From Octopus vulgaris (Eukaryota): DNA of 64,000 bases. The position numbers were made by a program, and so were the translations under genes. Below are positions 52,065 through 64,000 of the stretch, in pieces. Position 1 is the stretch's first letter, and every line of letters starts with the position of its first letter. The notes below the pieces were generated by a model. It made no database searches. It was not told the origin of the DNA and saw nothing but the letters and a program-made list of their open reading frames with translations. The stretch is taken from assembly GCA_951406725.2 (NCBI GenBank), contig OX597822.1:56544001-56608000 (forward strand). Direction: 5' to 3'.

Positions 52065-52693
52065 TCTATATATATAAAACTGTATTTGTGTGCGTGTCTG
52101 TCCCCTTCGATTTAGATTCCTAACTACTCCCACATTTTGCGGTGCAGTTTAACCAAATTCGGGTATCTTATAGTCGTGATTAATATCGAGCCCGTCTGGC
52201 TATTAGCGCGCGTCTACGATGAGTCTACGATTTTAAAAATAATTTAACATCATTTTTTATTCCATTTTAATGCATAATTTTTGGTGTGTCGATGGCGGCG
52301 GAGTTGGCGTCCACGCTCACACCTGCACCTGTGGGGAAGGGAGTGTAAGGAAATCAACGTCGTAATGCGTTGTCAAGGAGACCAGCGTTCTTTTAAAACA
52401 ACGACTTCATGGCTTGAAGACACCAAAACAGAAATGGCTAAGAAAGCGTCTACGATGAGCCTACGATTTAAAAAAAAAATTACCATAATTTTTTATTCCA
52501 TTTTAATGCATTTTTTCGCTATTATATAAGGGAAGTAACTCTCTAAAAATGTCTACGATGAGTCAACGATTTAAAAAAAAATTACCATAATTTTTTATTC
52601 CATTTTTAATGCATTTTTTTGCTATAACTCTCTAAAAATGCTTATATAGTTATTTCCCTTACAAACCCGAGCAACGCCGGGCGATACTGCTAG
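52065..52693 (+). mobile_element. Non-autonomous Helitron
   Basis: 5' TC, 3' hairpin cccgagcaacgccggg followed by CTAG, inserted between A and T in (TA)n. Three internal ~60-bp direct repeats starting tctacgatgag. Confidence 0.85.
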
Positions 52694-52760
52694 TATATAT
52701 ATATATATACACTTAATATTAATATATATATATATATCTATCAATTTACCTATCTATCCA

Positions 52761-52806
<46 letters not shown>

Positions 52807-54039
52807 GATATATATATATATATATATATATATTAAACATGCATATATGGGCACAGGACACCATAGAATGTAAACAATATGGAATACGAAACAACATGGA
52901 ATACGAAAACGTGGAATATAGACTTTTTGGCCAACAACGAAAGAAACAAATGGAAAATAAAACAGGCAACATAAAAAAATTACCCTTCATCAGCAGTCGA
53001 CTGTTTTTCTACTTTGTATTTCGAGCAATTCACGACAAGATACTTATTCGACAAAACAGTTGCTTCCACAAAGCAAATTAAATAAAATTCGGGGTTTTAC
53101 GGGTGTTCAAAGATGGTAATAAAAACAGGACAGTGTAAACAAACAGCAAAGACTGCTAAGCCTGACCGAGTTGAGTTGATGAACGCGGAGGAACAAGCTC
53201 TGACGGGTGATAGACTAGAATGCGTCTTATCCCTGCGGCTGATCAGAAAGAATGAAAGAAAGTTAGAAAAAGAAAGATGGCCGATGGTCCCGTGCGATCA
53301 ACGAGAGAGTAAAGGCGGAACAGTGAAGGAGAGAAAAGTACAGACAGACAACGGCGAAGGGGAGAGGAAAAGAATTAAAGAAAGTATGAGAGAGAAAAAA
53401 ACGAAAGGAGGAGAAGGGGGAGATAAAAAGAATTAGAGAAAGTAAGAGAGAGGAAACGAAAGGGGAGAGGGAAAGAGAAACAAAAAGAGATAGGAAAAGT
53501 GTCCCATCGAAATTATTAAGTAAAACTTACTTAAATATTAGAAGCAAAGTTTGTTTGTACGTTGACCGCTGAAAATGCTAAATAAAATTGATAATATTTC
53601 AGGTTTTTCGTATCATTTAAATTGCCTTGACTATTCCGCAGATAACTGAGCACTTATTTTCCGAAAAATTAATGGGCAGGGGACCCGAGTTGCCAATGTA
53701 TTGGCTCCTGTTTCTAGCAATACTCTTACTTTCTATTTCACCGTAATGCTTTTTACAGAGTGAAAAGATAATTCACCTCCTATCACTCAATCCACCTCCA
53801 ACTTTCTCAAAGTTTATACATTACATTTATTGCTTTGAAGTCGCCGCCAGACTTCTGGGGTTTTTCTGTCTATATGCCCTTCTTTATGTCTCTATTCTCT
53901 CACTATCCCCCCTCTCTGGTTGTATATGTGTGTGTCTCTCTCACCACCTCTAACTATTTTTCTCTCTAGAGAAAAAATACTCGAGAGAGATAGAAAGAGG
54001 GTTAGAGAGAAGAACAAGTGAGACAGAGGGATGATGGAG

Positions 54040-54510
54040 GTAGGCACATCTATCACCAAAGTTATCGAGGTGGACGATGCTGTTCATTATCCTGCTGAAT
54101 TCCTCAACAGTCTGGAGCTGTCCTGAATGCCGGCACACAACCTTGAATTGAAGCAGGATGCAATCATCATGCTTCTCAGAAACGTGGATCCGCTAAGATT
54201 GTGCAACGGTACACATATGGTTGTTACTGAACTACAGCCTCATATTATCGAACCAAAAGTCCCACCTGGATGTGATAAGGGAGACATTGTATTTATACCC
54301 AGAATACCACTAATACGTACAGAGGCCCCCTTTCGTTTCAAACGATTGCAATTCCCAGTGAGAGTCAGTTATGCATTGATCATTAACAAGTCCCACGGTC
54401 AAACACAGAAGATTGTCGTTCTCCATCCAGAAGGGGGCTATTTCTTATATGGTTATTTGTATGTAGGTTGTTCCAGAGGAGGAAGGCCACAGAAACTCTT
54501 CATAGAAAAA
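54040..54510 (+). mobile_element. Helitron PIF1-type helicase C-terminal fragment
   Basis: IMLLRN..LCNGT, IPRIPL, RLQFPVRVSYALIINKSHGQT, LYVGCSR. Confidence 0.88.
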
Positions 54511-55075
54511 AGTTTAAAACAGTTCTGTAAATGTTTCATAATTTTCGTACAATACATTTCTCTATTATCATCTATATTATTTTCTGTATTTAGATATTCT
54601 AAATAAATCTTTAAAATTATGTCATGTAATATTTAAATACTTTATAACAACTTTTATTGTACGGAAAATGGGCATTACGATAGATGTCAATATGTGTCTT
54701 ATGAATACATTTCAATAACGTACAGACCGGGTCAGTGGACCGGAGTCTCGCTGGTATGTGTATATGTGTGTGTGTGAAAATAAGAAGGTGGCTATAGTAA
54801 ACCAAAACGAAACACTCTATTGGCACTATTAGTGACTTAGGGTAGCATTTACATTCCTAGAAACAAGTGTCATAGACGCTTATAGACATAAAAAGTACAT
54901 GTCTATGTACTGACAGGGAGATAACTGCTCCCACGACCAGCGAAATTACTATACTAGTAGTAAGCTAGCTTCGCTTGGAATTAAAGCTCGTCTGTAGTGA
55001 TGGTTAAGCTAAATTCTACCTGACAGTAGTACTACGATATGAATCAATGACTGATTCAACAAAATGGTAATGTGA

Positions 55076-55119
<44 letters not shown>

Positions 55120-55130
55120 GATATATATAC

Positions 55131-55187
<57 letters not shown>

Positions 55188-55266
55188 CATATACATGTAT
55201 ATATATATATACATACATACATATACATGTATGTATATAAGCTGATTTTATAGTTTTGGCACTTTT

Positions 55267-57075
55267 TAACCCTTTAGTATTTAAACTGGTTAAAACCCGT
55301 TTTGTGTCTAATTACTCTACCAAATCTTTTTTAAAATAAACAAATCACGTTAGGGAATTCTCATAGCTTTGAGATAATTTGAGGCTTTTCTTCCAGAAAG
55401 CACAGAACTGGGAGAAAAGCAAAATTAACTGTAGTGGCTGTCAACAGAGAAAATATTGACTTCCATAAAGAGGAAAAAATAAATGGGAGGAAAAAATTTG
55501 CTAAATATTTGGGTGTGAACGCAAATAGCTGTACGTGGTAGCAGGGCATGCTAAAAATAGCTGCCAAATCTTTCTTTCCTGGAAGAAGGAGCCGTTTGCG
55601 TGTGATTTCGATGTCACATTCGTTGAAAGCATGCATAATAACCTGGAAAAGAAAAAAGACCCGCGAAACAAAAAACTCCCTTGGTAGGAAGTTTCGAGGT
55701 CCCTAGCACCCCTCCCACTTTCCTTTTCTGAAAAAAAGTTGTCTTGTGGCGGGTTTGGAGGTCAGATATGTTGAATGTTTCCTAAAAAAAAATGTGGAAA
55801 AAAATTATTCCACACCGAAGTATGAAATATTTAAAGAAAGAATAAAATCTTGTACCGATTATACCTGTATTTTAATTAATTCAAAATAATGTACCACATC
55901 TAGAAAAATGGCAAAATTTTTGTCGGTTGCCATATGGGAAAATTTTAGTAACAATTTTAGTAAGAATTTCAATTTTAGTGTTTATCCATAATGTCATTGC
56001 TTTTACACCTGTTAATTAAATAAAAGTCAAATTTACTCAGCAAGATCAGCTAAAATTACTTAACAATAAACCAGTGGTATTTAAAGCACCCACTGACAAA
56101 ATTTCATATCTGTATGTAAAAATTTACAAAGTTACAAGGAAATATTATGGACACCTCTCTTGAATCTGAATAATTTAAAATAACGTAGACAAATAAGCAT
56201 TGCATTTGACAGATCAATATGAACACTAGAGATGTTTTTATGTGCTTTTTTTCTTGCTCACGCACATAATATGGCCTCACTCGGTTGGGACTACACGTGG
56301 GTAACTTTTTGTTTATGGTGGGAAAAAATATTGAAAAATATCAATAGATGTGTGATTGAGAAAGATACAAGGAGGGAGGTTTGTGGATGTGTTACAAACA
56401 GCAGCCAGCTCCCCCTTATATCAGACATTTTCTTCTGAAATCATTACTTATTTCTTTTTTTAACCGAAAATGTTTCTCTCACTGGTTTTATGTGCGCAAT
56501 AAAAAAAATTAGAAATGGCCAAAATCGCTTCGGACTGCTGGAGGAATGAAAAAAAAATTCAAAATTGTTTTTTTTTTTGTTTTTTTTTTTCGTGAAAAGA
56601 TGCCTCCCATCGTTCTGAAGACTATGGTGTAAGGCATTGGAAAAAATCCCCGTCAAAACGGAGAAATTTCAGATTATGTGGGCCATTTGATCCGAAGTTT
56701 CGTTTTCCAGAAATTCCTCCCCACCCCACCGCCTTCCAAAAATGTTGCCTACAAATTTCTTTGTAATCGTAATCTAGACCATTTGAAAAAAAAAAGCACC
56801 TATTTTCTAAAAAGTTATGAGGAGAGAAAATATCGGGTTCTGTGAGTTTTCCGAAATTCCTCTCCCCATCACCACTGAAAATGTTTTCCAACAAGTTTTA
56901 CATATACTAAATCTACAGGATATAAGCGATTATTTGGTGAAAATTTCGTTAAAACGTATCCATTTTTCTGGAAGTTATGAGACAAGAGAGTCGGTTGGAT
57001 ATTAAATTGTAGTTATGCTTTTTTCAATAAACGGATTAATGATTAACGAAGATAACTTTTCGATTGATGGTACCC
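55267..57075. mobile_element. Non-coding AT-rich segment, probably DNA-transposon-derived
   Basis: Starts TTAA-ccctttag (piggyBac-like end) and is bounded by (TA)n. No ORF and no confirmed second TIR. Confidence 0.25.
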
Positions 57076-57202
57076 GCTTCTGTATATATATATATATGTA
57101 TATATTTGCAAATACTGATAGGACACAGAAAGTGTGTCAATAGCCAGCTGGAGAAGATGTTCTCCTGGGGCTACAAGCTGCAGTAGCATCCATCCTTATT
57201 GG

Positions 57203-57248
<46 letters not shown>

Positions 57249-57373
57249 GGAATATGTTACAAAAAGAAAATATAAAATACACGTGGAAATGTAACGGTAA
57301 AATATGAAAAATCAACGAAAATGCACATTGTAAATAAAAATAAAAAAAGGCTTTTTATGAAAGGTAACGACAA

Positions 57374-57529
57374 ATAATTTACAAGATAAGGGCAGAAGAA
57401 AAATTCTAATGCCAGATACGCCGAAACAAAAAATTGTCGTTAACCATTAAATTTAATGGTTATCGACAATTTTTTGTTTCGGCGTATCTGGCATTAGAAT
57501 TTTTCTTCTGCCCTTATCTTGTAAATTAT
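57374..57529. repeat. 156-bp loopless palindrome with one mismatch
   Basis: Centre ccattaaa|tttaatgg at 57451/57452, 78-bp arms. Confidence 0.95.
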
Positions 57530-57709
57530 GTATAAATTTTACCTTTAAAGGCATTTTTTGATATGCTGGCCATTGGTAAAAAATTTTTCCCGAAAAAATT
57601 TTTGTCCTATATCATTTATAAAGGTAACGACAAATATATACATTTAGATGGACTGAGGTAGTAATAAAAGTCATTATTGTGAGATGATTATAAAGTCAGA
57701 AAACAAAGC

Positions 57710-57752
<43 letters not shown>

Positions 57753-58194
57753 AACACACACACACACATGCACACACACATACACAAGAGCATTTACTCG
57801 GACATGAGAAAATACCTACTATGCCACTCCTCTTCTCTGACACATTATTTGAAATATAAATTCTTCCCGCAACATATGCGAAGAAATTTTCAAGGTTTAT
57901 ATGTTTCAAGGGAAAGAACCCCTAATCTTTGAATTATCTCCCTTGTATAACTAACTATCTCTCTTCTCGTACGCCAAGCAAGACAACGATAGTCAGCAAT
58001 GCCCGTACTGAAATTTGAAGTCACTTAAAAGAATTAATATATATATGTTTGTGCATGCGTGTGTGTGTGTGTGTGTGAATATATACATATATGTTTGTAT
58101 GTATGTATGCATGCATGCATGCATGCATATATGTATGTATGTATGCATATATGTATGTATGTATGTATGTATGTATATATGTATGTATGTATGT

Positions 58195-59080
58195 ATAACT
58201 TAGATATATTCCGACCAAAGATCGGGCCAGGTCATGTCTAACTTCATAGCACCATCTGATAGAATTTGTTAATTCATTTAAGTCTCAAGTTTTGTGGTAT
58301 CGTGGCCCATTCGAGTTGGGAGTTCCTGTTGAGTGAGTTTTATCCAAGTAAAGGTGGCTTATCTGGTATTCCATGAAAAAATTTGCCCAGATTCCTCTTT
58401 GATCTGTTTTGGACAACGTTAAATAGGATGGGGCGTGTTGAGGAAAAGAATGTATTTATGTGTTGTGATCTTGAATTTGGTAGGAGACTATGGCCCGTGG
58501 TCCTAGCCTTCGATGAATTCTGAAACTAACCTTGAGGTCATTTGAGCAATGCTGGTGGTATATTTTCCACATCGTGCAAATGATGCATCGCTCATGGCGG
58601 CGCTGGGGGGAATAGAGTTTCAATGCTGTAAGGCGGTCCCAATAATCGAGATCAGTTATTTCTTTAATTCTTTTAGTGAATGCTCTCTGGGGTAATTCAG
58701 TTTTCGAAATATATCATTTTGCGTGGGGAGATCACAGTGGGTAGTAGTATTCGAGGTGTGGCTGTATAAAGGAGGAGAAAAAAGGGAATGATGACACCTT
58801 GTTCTCTGGACCGGAAGGTTCTTATGATACAGGAGGCTACAATACGAGCTATATCGACCTTATTGTTGATGCAGGCACTCTAGCTGAGATTGTTGTCAAC
58901 AATTACTCCTGGATCCCTGATATTATTAGATGCAGCGAGTGGTTTCCCTGGAAAAAGAGACTATGGTTGTTTTAGCATAGTCTTTCTTCCAAAATACATC
59001 AGTTCAAATTTTCCCTAGTTTAGTTGCATTTTATTTTTGTCTGCCCATTGATTTATATCATGTAGATCAGACTGATCTAC
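58195..59080 (-). mobile_element. Degenerate CR1-clade LINE 3' fragment related to 441-1525
   Basis: Shares the 3' end (gccagg.catgtctaactt.atagcacca). Remnants PHLEY, QRRHERCIICTMWKI. Confidence 0.85.
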
Positions 59081-59447
59081 ATGCTATTTAAAGATATATT
59101 AAAACGATATAAACTGTGTGTATTTTCCTTTTTTTATATTATATATATGTATATATATTCTTGCATTACAACTCACTACATGGGGATAATCGAATTTCTC
59201 TCCCTCCCTTTTTTTACTGTAGAAACTAAAAATATAGTCTACAGCAGAATATATATATATTCTTTTACACATTTATTCTTTTACTTGTTTCAGTCATTTG
59301 ACTACGGCCATGCTGGCACTGCCTTTAGTCGAGCGAATCGACCCCAGGACTTATTATTTGTTAGCATAATACTTATTTTATCGGTCTCTTTTGCCGAAAA
59401 ACAACAGCAAACGATTTTGTCAAGCGATTTTGGGAGAACAAACACAG

Positions 59448-59521
<74 letters not shown>

Positions 59522-60053
59522 GATATGTATATATCAGATATGTATATATATATATGTGTGTGTGTGTGTGTATTTGTGTGTGTGTGAGTATGTGTGTGTG
59601 TGTATTTGTGTGTGTGTGTGTTTGTCCACCCCATCGCTTGACAACTGACGTTGGTGTGTTTATGTCCCCGTAACATAGCAGTTCGACAGAAGAGACCAAT
59701 AGAATAAGTACTAGGTTTACAAAGTATAAGTCCTGGCGTACATACATACATACATACATACATACATACATACATACATACATACATGTGTATGCGCACA
59801 GACTGACCCTCACACATGCGCACAAACAAACCAAAAGAACGCAGCTCGGATAATGGACAGAGTAAACGATTATTGAAAATGTTGCAAAACTCAACGAAAA
59901 TTTTAGGAAAAAATAAATAAGGAAATGAATGGAAACTTTACCGCTGCGTCTGTTAAATAAAAAGTTACTAAAAGAAAAGTACTCTCCCCAGACACAACTA
60001 AATATGCTTCAACATATGAACTCACATAAAGAATCTTGCAAACCAAATCGCCA

Positions 60054-60178
<125 letters not shown>

Positions 60179-60216
60179 TGTATGTATGTATGTATGTATG
60201 TATGTATGTATGTGTG

Positions 60217-60308
<92 letters not shown>

Positions 60309-60309
<1 letters not shown>

Positions 60310-61420
60310 TAGCAGAAATTCCGGCGTTACTCAGGTTGAAGAGAATAATGAAATTTGAAAACGCAGTCTAGATTACGCAGGTCTCAACTCCTAGTAGCTG
60401 AGATACCAACTTTCTACATTAATGACTGTCCAATCCATGCCACCATGGAATATAGACGTTAAGGGAAATGTTAAAAGGAAGTTTTCAACTCATATATGTA
60501 TATAAAGTAAATACACATAATTCAAAAACACGTTTTGTGTAGCTTATTTCGTAACTGAAAAACAGGTACAGACTGAGAGGTTGATTTTGGTGATCCATTT
60601 GACAGAGGTAATAGAGAGCCAATCCTATGATACATCTGACCTTGGATCTTGAAAGTTTGCATGAATCCTGGCTCAGTTAAATCTCTTATGGATCCAAATG
60701 ATGTCATCTGAAGCGCAGCGTTGTATTGTCTAATTTTGTTTTGGAAGTGCTTGGAATCTTGGTCAGTCGATGACAACAGTTTCTTCAATGGCTCTGGAGG
60801 TTGGGGAATTACAGGGAGTTTAACCTTTTTACTATTGCAGCACGGTGCAGGTGTCTCTCCAGGCCACTTCCTCGCTTTACAATGAATGCACTCAGTTGTC
60901 ATTGCACCAATGGAAACTCTAGTGTCATCTGCATAAGGAACGGCTGGATCATAATTGAAAGCTGCTTCATAGAAATTGCTTCTCTGAGCTGTTGCAACTG
61001 CTCTTCGTTCTGCAATGGAGATCCTATTCCTTGTCAGCAGTGCATACCACTGATCATCAATTTGAGATTATCTGGCTTTTGTAGTGCACAGTTTGTTCGT
61101 TTCTTGGTATGCTTCCCTTTAGCTTGGACAGAGACATTCTTTTGGCTGACCTTGATATTGTAGACAAATTTGACAGTTTCCTTCTAGGCATGGTATATAC
61201 TTATACAGAAATACACGGGTGCAAAAGATAGAATACAATGAAAATAACTGGACGACGGAAATTATATTTCTTAATGCGACGGGCAGAAAGTAAATAAGAA
61301 ATTTTGACGGAAAATAAAGAATTGTACGAGTTGAAGCGAAATTTGTTAGTGAACCAAAGAGCCAGCATTGAAGGAACCAGAAAAAAGCCGTTAACAACAG
61401 AAAAAACACAAAACCGTTGC
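60309..61420 (-). mobile_element. Internally deleted Helitron (RepHel N-terminal Zn-finger region + 3' terminus)
   Basis: CIHCKARKWPGE...CC..KVKLP, IRQYNAALQMTSFG, FKIQGQMYHRIGSLLP. The reverse-strand end is cctgagtaacgccgg...CTAG at 60309. The 5' end is uncertain. Confidence 0.85.
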
Positions 61421-61603
61421 AAAAGTAAATAATAAATTTTTAGGGAAATTAAATATGTATACAGATTTAAGTGAATAGTATTTGTCCACGTAATTTATCG
61501 GTTGACAAAAGGCGGTTCTCCAGCATGGCCTCAGTCAAATAACTGAAACAAATACAAGAATAAAAAAAGATTATACATACATACATGCATACATACATAC
61601 ATA

Positions 61604-62913
61604 CAGTCATGACAAAAGTAAATTGACACCCCATAAAACATCATTTGCTGCCGTGTTATTCGTCCTTATCCATGTCTTCTGTCTTCTGTCTTCAAAAGCT
61701 TCTCGCATGTTTATTTCAATGTCATCCCTGACTTACGGAACGATTACCTGTGTGTGTGTGTGTTTTTTTGTTGTGTATGTGTGTGTTATTGTTGTGTATG
61801 TTTGTGTGTGTGTGTTTGTTGTGTGTGTGTGTTATTGTTGTGTATGTGTGTGTGTGTGTGTGTGTTTGTTGTGTATGTGTGCATGTGTGTGTGTGTTTTT
61901 GTTGTGTATGTGTGTGTGTGTGTGTGTTTGTTGTGTATGTGTGCGTGTGTTTTTTTTGTTGTGTATGTGTGCGTGTGTTGTGTATCTCTTAAATCGATGA
62001 ATTTCGTCGCCCAATAAAAATATTAACGATTGGGCGACGAAATTCATCGATTTAAGAGATACACAACACACGCACACATACACAACAAAAAAAAACACAC
62101 ACACATACACAACAAAAAGACACACACACACACGCACACATACACAGCAAAAAAACACACACACACACATACACAACAATAACACACACACACAACAAAC
62201 ACACACACGCACACACATACACAACAAAAACACACACACACAGGTAATCGTTCCGTAAGTCAGGGATGACATTGAAATAAACATGCGAGAAGCTTTTGAA
62301 GACAGAAGACAGAAGACGTGGATAAGGACGAATAACACGGCAGGCAATGAATTGAGGTCAAAACAGAGAATACGATTGGTTAAAATTCGAAGAATTAAAC
62401 TACGTAAAAGTTACAAAATACATTTTTCTCAAAAAAACTAATTGAAATTAATGTTTTCTTTTGACACATTCTACCAGTATACGAAGTTTCAAATTATTTA
62501 GTTAAGTAGAAAATTCTGTCCATCTTTTAGAAAAGATCCAGGATTCCTCCTAATCTTCTCCAGTCGTGAAATGATTAAATAAGACACACAAGATTGGTTA
62601 GAAGAGAATGGCATTGAGAAGCTTCAATGGCCAAGCTAATCATCAGATATTGAATATCTCTGGGGCATAAAGGACACGACACTTCGTAAAAGAACAAGAA
62701 GCATCCTCTTTTGAGATTATTGCATGGAACTTGGCAAGAAATTCCTGAAGAGAATTTTCGTCAGTAGCATACCTAATAGGGCTTTTGCTTTGAAAAATTC
62801 AAAGGTATCCCTACTAAATATTAGATATTCACGTTATAATAATCAATGAATAATTTGAATGTATAATTTCAGATTTAAATAAATTTAACGATTATTTACT
62901 TCTGTCATGTCTG
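61604..62913 (+). mobile_element. Tc1-derived element carrying an internal 700-bp palindrome
   Basis: Ends TA-cagtcatgacaaaagtaaat / atttacttctgtcatgtctg. Transposase remnant WLEENGIEKLQWPS*S.DIEYLW...PTKY at ~62590-62825. Confidence 0.75.
61648..62343. repeat. ~700-bp palindrome with 13-nt loop and minisatellite-containing arms
   Basis: Loop at 62016-62028. The outer ~100-bp unique arms differ at about one position. Confidence 0.95.
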
Positions 62914-63312
62914 TGTGTATATATGGATGGAAAGAGTTGCTCGAGTGATGCCGTAAGGGTCCAACCAAGACTCTACTTCCTCTCACACAGCGTGCACGAC
63001 ACACGAGAGGATGGCAGAAAATGTTCATGGTTATGTTGCCCCTTATATTTGTCCTCCTATAAACAATCTGAGTTACGCATCTGGGATGTCGTTGAGATGC
63101 AGACGTTACGTCCCAACATGAATAAAATTCAGCTTATGAACGCGTGTATCGAGGCACTAAGTGAGGCTGATCCTGGCATTCTTGAATAGTCTTGTGCTAT
63201 GTTATGTGTATGTAAGAATACGTATACGAAATTCTATTTAAAAAATTATATTGGTTTCTCTAATAAATATTTTATTTATTAATAAATAAATTTTATTCTG
63301 AAGTCCCTGACT

Positions 63313-63632
63313 CACATACAGACATACATACATACATACATACATACATACATACATACATACATACATACATACATACATACATACATACATGGTATGT
63401 ATGTATGTATGTATGTATGTATGTATGTATGTATGTATGTATGCATGTATGCATGTATGTATGTATGCATGTATGTATGTATGTATGTATGTATGTATGT
63501 ATGTATGTATGTATGTGTGTGTGCGTGTGTATGTATGTATGTATGTATGTATGTGTGTGTGTGTATGTATGTATGTATGCATGTATGTATGTATGTATGT
63601 ATGTATGTATGTATGTATGTATGTATGTATGT
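63313..63632. repeat. Inverted compound microsatellite (CATA)n then (TATG)n
   Basis: Directly visible. Confidence 0.9.
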
Positions 63633-64000
63633 ACTGAAAGCAATCTCAGCTTTCTGGCATCGGTATGAAGCTAGTAAACTGATTTCAGATTTCCAGATTT
63701 CTTCAAACTTTTCAGTCTTCACTATTTGTTTAATTCCGGTTGTACTGATACAGTGTTAATGAGGAAAAAGACTATAAAACCATTTGCAATAAAAGTCATA
63801 GCTCTCGCGTGTGTATATGTGTGTGTGTGTGCGCGCGCGCGCGTGTTTGTTGCAAACTTACATACTGTTTATAGCTAGAAATATAAGACTCAGAAATATA
63901 AGACTGGGTACAAAACAAGATTCCATACCCTTCGATTGACAATTCAGCGCTCTCTCGACTTGGTTAGTTGCAAGAATGAGGTGAATATTAAGCAATTAAG

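Noticed and set aside
52213-52640. Three spaced direct repeats resembling a CRISPR array
   Set aside because: Long degenerate units with irregular spacing, inside a Helitron, in eukaryotic DNA with no cas genes.
52975-53005. CUGAUGA on the minus strand in a (TA)n-flanked repeat
   Set aside because: No downstream stem II-GAAA-NUH could be found.
53113-53500. 107-aa K/E/R-rich ORF
   Set aside because: Purine-rich low-complexity repeat also present at ~29540-29770. No protein motif.

Overview
Repeat-dense eukaryotic DNA, very probably a coleoid cephalopod (Octopus-like). This is inferred from the tRNA-headed SINE families, the extreme (TA)n/(CA)n/(TATG)n density and the TE mix. The only host gene is a spliced cholinesterase-family gene on + (coding exons 39038-40527, 42029-42207 and 44963-45069; 591 aa). 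It has an intact Ser/Glu/His triad, a BChE-like de-aromatised gorge and a GPI-type hydrophobic tail. A candidate second terminal exon at 47724-47764 encodes a short WAT/T-peptide-like end. The terminal exon of a tandem paralog lies about 43 kb upstream (2021-2127), so this is a cholinesterase cluster. The rest is TE debris: CR1, RTE and R4/Dong-like LINEs, mariner/Tc1 elements, Helitrons, MITEs and SINEs. Unusual structures include a nested inverted duplication of about 12.9 kb (3053-15934) and several near-perfect hairpins of 100-700 bp. At least five type I hammerhead-ribozyme-like motifs sit in Penelope-like modules, mostly embedded in (TA)n, some of which are fold-backs. All alignments were done by eye; TE and repeat boundaries are approximate unless a TIR or TSD is cited.
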